The position numbers were made by a program, and so were the translations under genes. Positions 9,756-20,900 of a DNA stretch of 64,000 bases are shown here, one piece after another. Location of the stretch: IMG/VR virus record IMGVR_UViG_3300005253_000098, positions 1 to 64,000 of that record; one strand, given 5' to 3'. The notes under the pieces were generated by a model, which made no database searches, was not told the origin of the DNA, and saw only the letters and a program-made list of their open reading frames with translations. Source of the stretch: a virus. The first letter of the stretch is position 1. Each line of letters begins with the position of its first letter.

Positions 9756-10291
9756 CACAACGCACACTGTCGGACAGTATACAAGACGAACAATCTTACT
9801 GTGGACTGTGCAGAAAACCTACTGATGATTTCTATGAGAAGAAACTTGCTGGAAAGGATGCTTGTTTGAACTGTGCTATTCTTATTACTGATTATGGAGT
9901 TGAAACAGAACACTCCATGTATACAGACTCTTACCTGAATCAGCTTGAGTCCACATCAGCCACATTGTATGCTTCTGAGTTCAAATACGCTATGCGAGAA
10001 CATTATTTTTTCACGGATCAGACTGAAAATATCGACCCTGAATTGTTCGAGGTGCTCTATCATTTCGCCAAGAAAGGTATCGAGGTCAAATTCAAGTCCT
10101 TTATAGCGTTAGCTAAGTTTATATCTAAGCATGCTACTGATAAATTCTCTGGTCAGAGAGCTAAGATGGTAAGCAGTATTCTTGTTCGTGGATTAGAACA
10201 GAATCTTACTCGTAAGCAACGTTATGTTATCCAGAGGACTATATCTATCGTCAAGAAATTTGGTGATTATCCAACCAGTGATTTCATATGA
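9740..10291 (+). CDS. hypothetical Zn-finger protein
   Basis: CGLC...CLNC. Confidence 0.5.
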   Translation: MEWWMTQRTLSDSIQDEQSYCGLCRKPTDDFYEKKLAGKDACLNCAILITDYGVETEHSMYTDSYLNQLESTSATLYASEFKYAMREHYFFTDQTENIDPELFEVLYHFAKKGIEVKFKSFIALAKFISKHATDKFSGQRAKMVSSILVRGLEQNLTRKQRYVIQRTISIVKKFGDYPTSDFI

Positions 10292-10869
10292 AACCCTTTT
10301 TCATGCCGTTCGGTCTTGCTGCTGGTAAGATCGTTCTAATGGTCCCAGAATACGATAAAACTAAGTATCCTCTGGGAATGAGGAGCTATCCGGTTTATCA
10401 TCCGGAGCATATTTTCCTTACGTATACAAGACACGAGTATCCAGTAGCTAATAATCCAATTCATCATATTGCATTCTTCGAGCTTGAGGTAGAACAACCT
10501 GATGATTTCTATCGTAAATATCCTAAACGTAAGGAGCTGTTCAGGATCCTACATCCAAGAGTAGCACCAGATCTTGAAGATATAGAGTTATTTACTGGAG
10601 AATTTCGAGATCGTAATGAGATCTACTATGTGCCATTAAATAAAGAGTTGTTTGAGGATCATGACTGGCAAGAGTGGTTAATTGAACTGACTAACTGGGC
10701 TAATATCGTCCAGAAGAGTGTTGTAGTGCACGCTACAGAGGATATTCCTATGCTATCAGATTTCAAATTCCTTTATCATATACCAAATGTATTCATTTAT
10801 CAGTCACACACCGACTGGGGCATATTGCCGGGCATTATAAGCTCAGGTGAGAAGTTTGAAGGACTTTGA
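10288..10869 (+). CDS. hypothetical protein
   Basis: 193-aa ORF coupled by ATGA overlap. Confidence 0.55.
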   Translation: MKPFFMPFGLAAGKIVLMVPEYDKTKYPLGMRSYPVYHPEHIFLTYTRHEYPVANNPIHHIAFFELEVEQPDDFYRKYPKRKELFRILHPRVAPDLEDIELFTGEFRDRNEIYYVPLNKELFEDHDWQEWLIELTNWANIVQKSVVVHATEDIPMLSDFKFLYHIPNVFIYQSHTDWGILPGIISSGEKFEGL

Positions 10870-11602
10870 TAAATGGGTATTCGGTGCTCGTGAACTCATT
10901 GTAACAGGTGATACGAGAGAACCAAAGGATGTTCGTGGTGGGGAATTAATAGCAGCAGCCAGACAGGTCGGCATTCCTTATAGGGTTCAACCTCTACCGT
11001 GGGGAGACTTCCAGATCTATGATACTCTATGGGAACGCAAAACCATCGGTGATCTGTATGAGAAATGGAATAAGAACGAAATGCCATATCAGTTAAATGG
11101 TATGGTGGAGTTTTGTGTCGAGCACAACCTCGTGCCTGCTTTGTTTGTCCACGGTAATATCGAAAAATATATCGATATGCGCAAAGAGGTCACTCGAAAT
11201 TATTTGGAACGCTCAGATATACTGAATATAATCTCTGAAATAAAGCTACGTTATCCTCTAATCTCTATTCTCGCCTTCTTCGGAACCGACAATCATCCAG
11301 ATATCACTCCAAAAAACACGTTACTTTATGCACTGGAATCTATAATGTTTATGGCTCAAGAAAGTGAGAAACTTAGTCGTCAGATCAAATACGAAACACC
11401 AGCACGATATAATAAACTTAAAGATCCCAACTTACTATTCCTTGCTCGAGGTCTAAAGATCCCCATAGACGTTGCAGAACGTTTAATCGTTACATTTGGG
11501 AACATTAAGAAGATCCTTCAAGCAACAGACAACCAGCTCATTGCTATTCAAGGGGTTCATTTAAAAACCCTTGCTAAAATTAACAAGTTACGAGGTTCGT
11601 AG
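10847..11602 (+). CDS. ERCC4/XPF-family structure-specific nuclease with HhH tail
   Basis: DTRE...LPWGDF...WERKTIGD catalytic signature; C-terminal FGNIKKILQA...IQGV helix-hairpin-helix. Confidence 0.9.
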   Translation: MRSLKDFDKWVFGARELIVTGDTREPKDVRGGELIAAARQVGIPYRVQPLPWGDFQIYDTLWERKTIGDLYEKWNKNEMPYQLNGMVEFCVEHNLVPALFVHGNIEKYIDMRKEVTRNYLERSDILNIISEIKLRYPLISILAFFGTDNHPDITPKNTLLYALESIMFMAQESEKLSRQIKYETPARYNKLKDPNLLFLARGLKIPIDVAERLIVTFGNIKKILQATDNQLIAIQGVHLKTLAKINKLRGS

Positions 11603-11605
11603 ACT

Positions 11606-11974
11606 ATGCCAGGTGAAGAATCAAAATTAAATCCAGAAAATCCAGTGGATGCCCAACCGGGGATATCCCCAGGTGATCCGTTACAAAAAGTGGTAATAGA
11701 TCCCGCCAGTAATGTTGCCCCGTTTATGAGATTCATGAATGAAATGAAAGACAAATATAATACTCTTGAGAATGATTACAAGTGGCTCAAGGGAATGTAT
11801 GAGTTATTGAAGTCACGAATAGATGCTTACGATAAATTCTTTGGAGGAGAACCACCTCCTGTCCCCGCAATTGCGACTCCGCCTGTAATTATTCCTACAG
11901 ACGAGACTCCTACTCATATAAAACGAGGAGTGCATGGCACAGAGCGTAATGCGGGTGGAAAAACAAGTGGTTGA
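11606..11974 (+). CDS. hypothetical coiled-coil/Pro-rich protein
   Basis: 122-aa ORF within the operon. Confidence 0.5.
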   Translation: MPGEESKLNPENPVDAQPGISPGDPLQKVVIDPASNVAPFMRFMNEMKDKYNTLENDYKWLKGMYELLKSRIDAYDKFFGGEPPPVPAIATPPVIIPTDETPTHIKRGVHGTERNAGGKTSG

Positions 11975-13256
11975 AGTCGTCGATAACATTACGGCTCTAA
12001 TCGAGGAGGAACTGATCTACAGAAAAATCCTTGAAGTAAAGGAGATGGGTAGATTATTCATAGCTTCTACTGGAGCTCACATGTTTAATATCGAGAATAA
12101 GATGCGTATGCATAAACAGGGCATGATGCTCAACCCCGATACCCCTCGGATTCCACTCCATTATCGACAGAAATACCGAGATGTTATTGTTCGTCAGAAT
12201 AATCGTTGGCTTAGACCAATTGCTGAGGCTAATGCTAATGCCAAGGATACACGTATCCATATTATAACTGTTGCACCGGTAGGAACCGGCAAGACCTTGT
12301 ATATGGAACAATTTCTTTTTATTGAGAACGCACTCCTGAGAGGGACATTAATTCAACCCGTTTTTAGAGGCTCCATGACCGAACCTGGTTGGATCGGAAC
12401 TATGACTCTTGATCGTAATCAGACTCACATAGAGCATGGTGAAGCCTACATGAATGCCATGTCTATTATTGGAGTGGACGAGTTCCATGCCATTATTGAG
12501 CGAATGGGAGCATCCCATTCTAATACACTCGAGGATCAACTATTGATGTCCCTCGACCATGGACACGTATCCAAATCACTTGCAGCGGGAACCCTCGAAT
12601 ATACTACTTATGCTACTCTTCACGGAGGCATCCAGCCGACGAGAATATCTATGTCGTCTGGTATGGCACGCAGAATATGTTTCATCAATTTTATTCCTAC
12701 CAAGACTGACTACGATAACTTGAGGCAAGCTTGGTTTCAATCATGGGGAGCACATGCCCACTACAATCGTTTACAAACTATTCGTGCGAGTGTTAATGCG
12801 AAGATTCAAACACTAAAACTTGTTGAGCGTATTGATCTCGGTATGGATGAGCTCAAAGACTTTGTTATGAATATGGGTGTGCCTCACTTCGAGATAGAAT
12901 TACTTTTTCGTATTGCTCTTGGCTGGACTGTTATGACCACCGATATCTCTGATGGTATCGACATCAAACTCACTGATGACATCAAGAACATTATGTTGAA
13001 ACAAATTAAGTGGAGGGATGAAGTCAAGTTCGGTTCCGAGTTAGCTCTGATCCAACAACTTCTCAAGGAAAATAATGGTAAGATGCGTAAGCAAGATATC
13101 GTCAAGCATTTTGTTAAGATGCAAAACATACCACCAACAGAAATCAAAAACAATATTAAAGAGCTGGTTCGTTTAGGCATGGTCAGAGACAACGCATTCA
13201 ATGTTAGTGTCCGTGAGGATAACGAAACCGATGGAGCAGATGAAATAAATGAGTGA
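11934..13256 (+). CDS. MCM-like AAA+ ATPase/helicase (short) with C-terminal wHTH
   Basis: Walker A APVGTGKT, MCM-like SMTEPGWIG, Walker B IGVDEF, Arg finger MARR. Confidence 0.7.
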   Translation: MAQSVMRVEKQVVEVVDNITALIEEELIYRKILEVKEMGRLFIASTGAHMFNIENKMRMHKQGMMLNPDTPRIPLHYRQKYRDVIVRQNNRWLRPIAEANANAKDTRIHIITVAPVGTGKTLYMEQFLFIENALLRGTLIQPVFRGSMTEPGWIGTMTLDRNQTHIEHGEAYMNAMSIIGVDEFHAIIERMGASHSNTLEDQLLMSLDHGHVSKSLAAGTLEYTTYATLHGGIQPTRISMSSGMARRICFINFIPTKTDYDNLRQAWFQSWGAHAHYNRLQTIRASVNAKIQTLKLVERIDLGMDELKDFVMNMGVPHFEIELLFRIALGWTVMTTDISDGIDIKLTDDIKNIMLKQIKWRDEVKFGSELALIQQLLKENNGKMRKQDIVKHFVKMQNIPPTEIKNNIKELVRLGMVRDNAFNVSVREDNETDGADEINE

Positions 13257-13410
13257 ATTGAAATTAAATAAAACACTAATAGATCTTGATATGGGTGTAA
13301 TCCCTGAGTTTAAACTTGATTGTATCTACCATGATAAGGTAATACTTGATGCTTGTGACTTGTTCGGTTCAGCCAACTGCAAAGACTGTTCCAACTACAT
13401 AAAGAAATGA
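13249..13410 (+). CDS. small Cys-containing protein (53 aa, not in ORF track)
   Basis: MSELKLNK...DCIYH...ACDLFGSANCKDC; overlaps the upstream stop. Confidence 0.4.
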   Translation: MSELKLNKTLIDLDMGVIPEFKLDCIYHDKVILDACDLFGSANCKDCSNYIKK

Positions 13411-13416
13411 TTCACC

Positions 13417-14316
13417 ATGCCACTCTACTGTCATGACTGCAACGTCTCGATCAATATCGAACAGGCTACCTTAGATCTATTCTATGAGCATGTCCACCAT
13501 GTGACCGAGGTCTATAGATCTTCTGATAAACCGACCTTTGATCCGCCTAACAGGGTTATAGCCTGTTATAATATTTATGATTGTTTAACTTCACTGAAGA
13601 TATCATTATCATCGATTGCTCCGTATGTAGATGCAGTAATCTTTGTGTATGGACCATACAAATTGGTGTTTGATCCTACTGGTATCATGACCGAGGAAGA
13701 AGCCGATGAAGAGGAACGTAGTCATCTGGATCTGGCATTAGAATTTTTCGATAAAAGTGAGATCATGTGGATTTCCAGGTATGTCTGGGAGAACGAAATA
13801 GAGAAGCGGACTATGTATTTAAAGGCACCGGGGTTAAAAGAGGGAGACTACCTGTTTATTATTGATGACGATGAGTTATTCTTATCAGTTTCTCCCGCTA
13901 CACTCCGAGCAACCTTGTCCTTTGCCAACAGGAAAACCATAGCTATCGGCAGGCGAAGATCAAACAAAAAGAGTATCGGGCTTGATATTGAGAACCCTAC
14001 ACGTTTTAGTGTTCCCCTATATCATAGAGGATTCAGACGTCCTACTGATGCTATTGCTATGATGCGTATCTTTAGATGGTCACCTAACTACAAGTATTCA
14101 ATCAATCATTCTACTATAATTGATGTTACTAAGAGGGATGAAAAGAAGCTCGCTGCTGTCGTTGTGCCAGAGGTTATGCTTTGGAACATCTCTCTTATTC
14201 ACGTTGAAGATCTGAAAGATCCTGAACGTCTGCGGAGAAAGAGAGAGTATTATTTAATGAGAAATGAATTTCAATTAGAAGGAAAGCGTGAACCTCATCA
14301 GAACCCAGAAACTTAA
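13417..14316 (+). CDS. GT-A (family 2-like) glycosyltransferase with N-terminal Zn finger
   Basis: VIACYNIYD, VDAVIFVYG, ENEIEKR, LFIIDDDE (DxD), RIFRW, IH motifs. Confidence 0.7.
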   Translation: MPLYCHDCNVSINIEQATLDLFYEHVHHVTEVYRSSDKPTFDPPNRVIACYNIYDCLTSLKISLSSIAPYVDAVIFVYGPYKLVFDPTGIMTEEEADEEERSHLDLALEFFDKSEIMWISRYVWENEIEKRTMYLKAPGLKEGDYLFIIDDDELFLSVSPATLRATLSFANRKTIAIGRRRSNKKSIGLDIENPTRFSVPLYHRGFRRPTDAIAMMRIFRWSPNYKYSINHSTIIDVTKRDEKKLAAVVVPEVMLWNISLIHVEDLKDPERLRRKREYYLMRNEFQLEGKREPHQNPET

Positions 14317-14497
14317 ACAGGAATCGTATCGTATTCCGGAGTATATTATTACTTACATGGACAATTTAATCCATCTTGGAATCTATCCCACCAAATCGGA
14401 TATTGTCAGGCATGCCCTGATTCATTTTCTTGATACAGATCATAAGATGTTACCAACAATTGAGAAGGACGAGGAACAAACAAATGGTTCACAATAG
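14288..14497 (+). CDS. ribbon-helix-helix (CopG/Arc) regulator
   Basis: SYRIPE...MDNLIHLGIYPTKSDIVRHAL. Confidence 0.8.
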   Translation: MNLIRTQKLKQESYRIPEYIITYMDNLIHLGIYPTKSDIVRHALIHFLDTDHKMLPTIEKDEEQTNGSQ

Positions 14498-14657
14498 AGT
14501 ATTTACCTGTAGAAATATAGAGTGCCCAGTAGTCAGCCTGACTGCTGTGGTCAAGGAGAAAGTTGAGAACGTGGAATATAAGTGCCCACATTGCATTATG
14601 ACACTCGAGGAGTTCGCCCAAGTCACCGCTTCCTATAAATTGAGGGTGCCTAAATAA
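14430..14657 (+). CDS. Zn-ribbon protein (likely start ATG ~14484)
   Basis: CRNIEC...CPHC. Confidence 0.5.
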   Translation: MIQIIRCYQQLRRTRNKQMVHNRVFTCRNIECPVVSLTAVVKEKVENVEYKCPHCIMTLEEFAQVTASYKLRVPK

Positions 14658-15388
14658 TGGAATCATATATCGTAGCCTGTATGAATGTCTGGGATGATGA
14701 TTTTAACCTCAAATTAGCTATCAGCTCTATCATGGATCAGGTCGATGAGTTCATCTTCCTGCTTGGTCCATATAAGTATTATCCCCTGTTCAAGGATCAG
14801 AACATCTATGATATTAATCAGGAGACCCGAGAAATGATCTATAAACTGATGGGGAAGAAACGGTTCGTTATTGATAATAATATGAGTCAACCCTGGGAGA
14901 GAGAAATCGACAAACGATCCCGATACTTTGAATTGTTATCCGATTGGACACACCCAGCAGGTTTAGCATTGTGGGCATTTGTAATTGATTCAGATGAACT
15001 CTATACTGGGAACAACAATAATTTACGCACCTTATTCAAACAAGACCCCAAAGATTACAGCTTTATTGGAGTGCCGATCTTTGCCAAAGACCAAGTTCAT
15101 CCGGCAGATCTACGAACTCCTATTCGTTTATTCCGTATCCCTGAAGATGACGTCCTTAGATATGATGGCACCCACTATGAGGTCTATGATAAGAATGGAC
15201 TCTGCCGTTCAGAGGTTGTATTCTGGGATATTAAGATCTACCATTTGGTAGGTAACAGGCGTCAAGATCGTATGTATCAACAAGAATACTACTACAGTCA
15301 AGTTGTAAAGAATAAACTCGAAAAGAATGCCCTATTTCACCATTTGATCCGAGTCAATCCTGAAGAATTAGAAAAACGGTTGAAGTAA
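14657..15388 (+). CDS. GT-A (family 2-like) glycosyltransferase, paralog of 13417
   Basis: IVACMNVWD, VDEFIFLLG, EREIDKR, FVIDSDE, RLFR, YDGTH, IYH. Confidence 0.75.
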   Translation: MESYIVACMNVWDDDFNLKLAISSIMDQVDEFIFLLGPYKYYPLFKDQNIYDINQETREMIYKLMGKKRFVIDNNMSQPWEREIDKRSRYFELLSDWTHPAGLALWAFVIDSDELYTGNNNNLRTLFKQDPKDYSFIGVPIFAKDQVHPADLRTPIRLFRIPEDDVLRYDGTHYEVYDKNGLCRSEVVFWDIKIYHLVGNRRQDRMYQQEYYYSQVVKNKLEKNALFHHLIRVNPEELEKRLK

Positions 15389-15526
15389 ATTGTATTACGA
15401 ATTGAGAATAGAGCCCAAACAAGATATGAATTGGGAAAAGATCCAGGCAATTATCAAGGAAGCCTTCGAGAAACACGGTGGACTCTCTATTGAAGGAGTA
15501 GAGTTCCTAAATAAGGACTGATAAAC

Positions 15527-16033
15527 ATGGTTAAATTGAAGTATTATTCTGCTCTTGAGTATAAATTGAAGCCCGAAAAACCACATTCAGCTAATGTAGA
15601 TATCCAGTGCGGAGAGGACTTTGTTCTCGAGCAGGGTATCGTGCTGAAGGTTAGAACAGGTCTCTGGATAGACGTGCCTCCGGGTTATGTTTTCGAGATC
15701 TACCCGAGAAGCGGGCTCTCTGCCAAATATGGTATGATATTGGTGAACAGTCCGGGTCAGATTGATCCGGGCTACCGAGACGAGATTAGATTAATACTGA
15801 GCTCTGTGTCTCGTATGACAGTGCTAACTCCCAAACGCTTCAAGGCTGGGGAACGTATCTGTCAAGGTCGCTTAGTTCAGACTCAAAAAGATGTCTATCT
15901 GGATACTAAAAAATTTCCAGTAACATCATATCAAGATTCTGCAGTTTGGGAACCTGTCCTAAGCTTAGAAGACCTGTATAAGGATTCCTTAACCCCTGAC
16001 CGCAAGGGCGGTCTTGGATCAAGTGGAACATAA
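15527..16033 (+). CDS. dut: trimeric dUTPase
   Basis: PRSGL, NSPGQIDPGYRDEI, GERICQ, RKGGLGSSG motifs. Confidence 0.95.
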   Translation: MVKLKYYSALEYKLKPEKPHSANVDIQCGEDFVLEQGIVLKVRTGLWIDVPPGYVFEIYPRSGLSAKYGMILVNSPGQIDPGYRDEIRLILSSVSRMTVLTPKRFKAGERICQGRLVQTQKDVYLDTKKFPVTSYQDSAVWEPVLSLEDLYKDSLTPDRKGGLGSSGT

Positions 16034-17211
16034 TGACAAGACCCGATCCATTTAAACGAATTACCTCGATAGATGATGCTATTGAGGTTGACAATCAGTT
16101 GCAGTATCAAATGGTGCCTTCTGATCATGTCACTGTTGACACTATACGTAATGTCGATAGCAAAGCAGCACTGGAAGAATTTGATTACCCTACTCCATTA
16201 ACTTACGAGGGTAAGACATTCTATCTGGATGAAAAACAAGTAAGAGACATCTATAGATATAAGAACGTATTACAGTTACAGTATCTGGAGACTGAGCTCG
16301 ACCGCGTTGATGTTATCAACGTGTTCTCTGGTAGATATGCCCCTATTAAACTCGAGACTATCAAGAATAAGATCTACGAGATTATGGGTGAGCCGGAGCA
16401 AATTACATTTGGGAGAAAGGATTTCTCTCTCATGCAGTTTCCTCAGTTAGAATCAGCCTCATTTGAGGGTGTGCGTGAACAGGATAATACTGAGAAAGTA
16501 GACATGTATCCTACGATCATGTTTTCGTATAACAGTGGACGTCGTTCATTTATCTTCGGATATACAGTTAGTATTATCCATTGTATGAACGCACTACACT
16601 TATTGGTATCAGCCTCAGCCAAGTATAACCTGCTGAACACCAAAGTAGTGCATACTACTGATCAGGTAGCTGATCTTGATGTCTCTGTGATTGTCGAGAA
16701 CTGGAAAAACAATGCTGAGAAATACCAGGAAGCTATGCTTGAGGCTATGAGAAAGCGGTTGACTGTAGTCAATGAAATAATGCTCTATGTAGCATGTGCT
16801 CAATCAGTCGATATGTTATTTGAGTTGTTAACCAGACCTCAGATCGCTAATCCAGCATCATTTTGGGATGCAGTGATGAATGTCACTCGACTGAACTCCA
16901 ACTTCCATAACAATAGGAGCACTGATAGAGAGTTCCGACCCAAGCAATTGCAGGATGCAGCTATGAAAGCTGGAACATATATCATGGATGATAAAGAGTA
17001 TTCTATCCGTGATTATATTCGAGGCATCGATAACATCGAGGCTTTGAGAGAACAGATAACCGAGCGACCTAATCTGATCAAGGTTAATCTGGACATGTTC
17101 TATAAATTAGTAGGACTTCAGATCACTGAAGGTTGTCCAGAACACATTGAAGGAGAAGATATACAGGTATTACCTCAAATGGAAATTGCAGAAGCTGAAG
17201 AAGAAGAGTGA
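16033..17211 (+). CDS. DUF932-like protein
   Basis: SYNSGRRSF...IHCMNAL resembles the DUF932 S.DG...CxNGL motif; later WDAVMNVT. Confidence 0.45.
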   Translation: MTRPDPFKRITSIDDAIEVDNQLQYQMVPSDHVTVDTIRNVDSKAALEEFDYPTPLTYEGKTFYLDEKQVRDIYRYKNVLQLQYLETELDRVDVINVFSGRYAPIKLETIKNKIYEIMGEPEQITFGRKDFSLMQFPQLESASFEGVREQDNTEKVDMYPTIMFSYNSGRRSFIFGYTVSIIHCMNALHLLVSASAKYNLLNTKVVHTTDQVADLDVSVIVENWKNNAEKYQEAMLEAMRKRLTVVNEIMLYVACAQSVDMLFELLTRPQIANPASFWDAVMNVTRLNSNFHNNRSTDREFRPKQLQDAAMKAGTYIMDDKEYSIRDYIRGIDNIEALREQITERPNLIKVNLDMFYKLVGLQITEGCPEHIEGEDIQVLPQMEIAEAEEEE

Positions 17212-17699
17212 TTGATATCCGTAGTTATCCCCGTAATCGTGCGCCCCCTACGCCCAGGAAATTGGCTCCCAAACGAAGAGATGCTGTTGTATCTGTGGGT
17301 ATGAAGACCCAGCTATGGTTAGAGGAGATAGCATCCCATTATATCAATCATCTTCACTTTACGTATTCTGAGTTCATGCGTGCATCCATCAGGTCATTCC
17401 TGATCTTTGGGAATGTAGAGCTACTACCGCCCCTGGTTCACAAGGTTATAAATATGCCTGTGACTCACCGTGCTGATCCATTGTCTTTTAAGATCTCCCA
17501 GTCTATGGACACTGAATTATATCAGATAGAGCAGAAATTGAATAAGCGGATCATCGGGATAATTCTTACTCGTTCTATTGTAATTAGAGCCATGGTCTTA
17601 TGGTATGATGAGCAGATGAAAGATTATGCTCCTCCACTTAATTTTATAGGAAAAAGATCAGTATTACTCGGTGGACGTCCTCCGAATCTTAATCTCTAA
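17208..17699 (+). CDS. tandem ribbon-helix-helix protein
   Basis: two units: TYSEFMRASI and TRSIVIRAMV. Confidence 0.6.
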   Translation: MIDIRSYPRNRAPPTPRKLAPKRRDAVVSVGMKTQLWLEEIASHYINHLHFTYSEFMRASIRSFLIFGNVELLPPLVHKVINMPVTHRADPLSFKISQSMDTELYQIEQKLNKRIIGIILTRSIVIRAMVLWYDEQMKDYAPPLNFIGKRSVLLGGRPPNLNL

Positions 17700-17977
17700 C
17701 CTATGTTAGCAACCTTGTCCTTGTTCTGTAGAGACTTCATAACACCAATCAATTTTTTGTGGAGTAGTGCTTTATTCTCCCTGCTCAGCGGTGGTTGCAC
17801 AATATATTTACTCATCTCGGCTGGGATATAATCTGAGTCCCAGAAGTTAAAGTATCCTGTTTTTAATTCCTTGCTGTATTGCACTTCAAACACAGAAAAA
17901 GGAATCACACTGAAGATCGCGTCGCGAATCTTCTCAAAATCTGCATAATCTAATTCGGGTATTCTACACATTCTCAT
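17696..17977 (-). CDS. hypothetical protein, last gene of late arm
   Basis: starts 1 nt after the upstream stop; converges on 17699. Confidence 0.55.
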   Translation of the reverse strand: MRMCRIPELDYADFEKIRDAIFSVIPFSVFEVQYSKELKTGYFNFWDSDYIPAEMSKYIVQPPLSRENKALLHKKLIGVMKSLQNKDKVANIG

Positions 17978-17978
17978 T

Positions 17979-20900
17979 TTAGTCTACATCCTTTATTACT
18001 TGTCTACTTATTTTGGTTTCACTCATAAACTGATGGATAATATCCATTGGATAATTATGACCATTGCTTATCGGAATAATCCACATACCGTCTGTGAACA
18101 CAAATCCGCTCCCATTCATGCGAACTTCGACTTGTATATCAGTCAAGAATTCATTGTCAACAGTGAACACAGCGAATATTTGATTATTCCAATCGTCCGT
18201 ATTAACACTGTTAGTAACCTGGTCTGTTAATGTTTTTGATCCAGAACTAACATCGATATCAAGAGTCTGACTGACACCATTTCTCCTGGCTCCAACAATT
18301 ACTGCATAGCTCCCAGCTTCCAAATAGATATTGCTCCACCGAACATATTGATTATTTACACTAAAATATATGGTAGATGGGTTCTGTTCACCCAGATACG
18401 TAGATAAGGAACCACCGTTATTAGCTGACATATCACCAATTGGATAGAATATCTGGTGGAAATAAGGTATCGGTATCAGTCCTGTCTCCATTTGACCATC
18501 ATCAAAATCTCCCCGTTCTACCCAGAACAAATGGTTGTCTGTGAAGTAGTTTTTAGTTCCACCCTCGGTGCTAAAGTCTGCAGTCCCATCCACACCCGGT
18601 GTCATGTAGTTATAGACTGATACCCAGATCACATTGCTGGATGCCGAGTAGGTTATCGCATGGATGATTTCCACATGGTTCAAGGTAGCAGCAATCGGAT
18701 AATCAGATCCTAAGACATCTCTGCGTGAGTCCACGTATCTGATAGCATTATCATCATTTCTGGTTCCAAAAACATTTACTTTAAGCCTAACATTCCCGAA
18801 CTCAGTTCCAATAGGATTATAGGTCGCCATTGGAAACAGATTATCGTCTCGCATGATATGAAAGTATCTGAGATCATTCGCTGGTAATTTCTGGCTTCCA
18901 TATCTTTTATAGTTTTTGAGAACTATTCCACCAATATCTCCACGGAACTTCATCTCATAACTTGTCTGGTATGCTCCTTCTTTTATTCGTGCTCTGACGA
19001 AGTCTGGTCTGATCTCCTCGAGTTCTATTTTGTTGAAATGAGGAGCAGTAAGTGTTGTCTCACTGTAATGCTTGATTATGGCTCCAGCGCTTGGTCCCAT
19101 TTGCTTATCCACAAAGAACCCAAGCTCCTCATCCTTCAACCAGTAATCATGGATAATAATATTTCCAATTGCTCCATTATGGAATTCGCTCGCTACATAT
19201 CTACCAATACGCATATAACGAAGGTTTCGGATAGTAGTCTGGGCAGTCCCAGTCTTTGTTACAGTATGTTCTGTTCCATTAATTACTATTTTTCCAGTAT
19301 CATTTGGTATGTCACACCTGAATGAGATAGTATATAAAGTGTTAACAGCCAATGGAGTATCAGTAGTAATCATATAACGAGATACTCCTCCTGTTCCGAC
19401 TAATGCAAATTCTATATCTCCATCGCTGTAGATCCTACAATAGACAGTTGTTTCATATGAGGTATTGAATAATTCAAATGGTAACATATGGGAGGCTGGT
19501 AATGTAAAGATATATACGGAGAATTGCAAACTAAATACAGTGGGAAACTCGATATCTCCAGTATGATTAAATTCGACACCGCCTCGACTTTTCCACGCCC
19601 ACATGAAATCTCCTGTTATACCTGGAAATTTAAATCCAGGGTTCGTTACTACTTCTGCTCCTTCTACCACTCTACTTCCATGGCTATCTAACTGGATAGA
19701 TCTTCCATTATCGGAATGTTGGCTGAACCAGTAGATCGGTGCTCTCCACCTATCGGTTGGTCTCTTGACCCATCGCTTATCGATATATCTAAACTCACTC
19801 TTTAGATAAACCTCACCAGTCTTATACTGATCCTTAATTACTACCCCATCCTCATCTGGGGTAATAACCTTATCCCAGACCATGAATTCGTCCATATAAC
19901 CATCATATGTTGAGATCACATTTGCACCATTGCCACCAAGATACATATTAAAATTACTGGTAAATGTAGGAGTTGGTGTCGTAAAAGGAGACCCAGTTTG
20001 TAATACCCCATCCAAATATATATTCAGAGATCCATCATCCCACGATATAAGCACTCGATGAATTGTATTAATAACAATAGGAACAGCTCCTACAATCGTA
20101 CCATTAATGTTCACATCAAAGGTATTATTATCCTGTATGAAAATAGCGACTGCTTCTCCTGCTCCATTATTTATAATAAATAACAAATATGATGTTGCAG
20201 CAGCAGGAGTATTAATATACATAAAGGTTAGACTAATAGACCAGGTAGTTCCAATAGGAGTTTCCAATCCATCGATCCAACCCATAGACCAACCAATGAC
20301 AGCTGATTTCCGATATGCCCACTCATTAAACCGACCATGTGAATTCATCAAAAACAGATTATTAACATTCTGCAGGAGATGTAATCCATTCTCACTTTTA
20401 TCAGTCATTCGAGTATTACCGTTGTCCCAGTCATTGTGATCAAAGGTGATCCAGCATACAGGAGTATCATTCGAGACAGGCATTGTTTCTCCCCTGTTCC
20501 TGAGTCCTGTCTCTGCATAAGATATCTTCCCATTGAGAGGATTGGTTGCCCATGGTCGCTCTCGCTCTGTTGATCCAATACGAGGAGTCCTTCCAGATTG
20601 TATGAAAACCGTTTTACTTCTATCACGCACAGCAACTAATATTCCATTCTTGTAAAGCATTTCCCTGTTTTGAGAGAGAATATGCATTATTCGTGTTACT
20701 GTATTAGGATCTATACTTACCCCTGTATTCCAGACCGTATCACCTGATGCATCATTTCCAAAGTTTGCATATATGGTCTGGGTTGTTCCACTCGTAACAT
20801 AGATGTAGAATCCATCGTTCTGGAAGTCATCAGTATTCGAGAATATTCCCTGGAATTCTGTAGAGCTCCTCCACTTACTGAATTGTTCAACTGTGAATTC

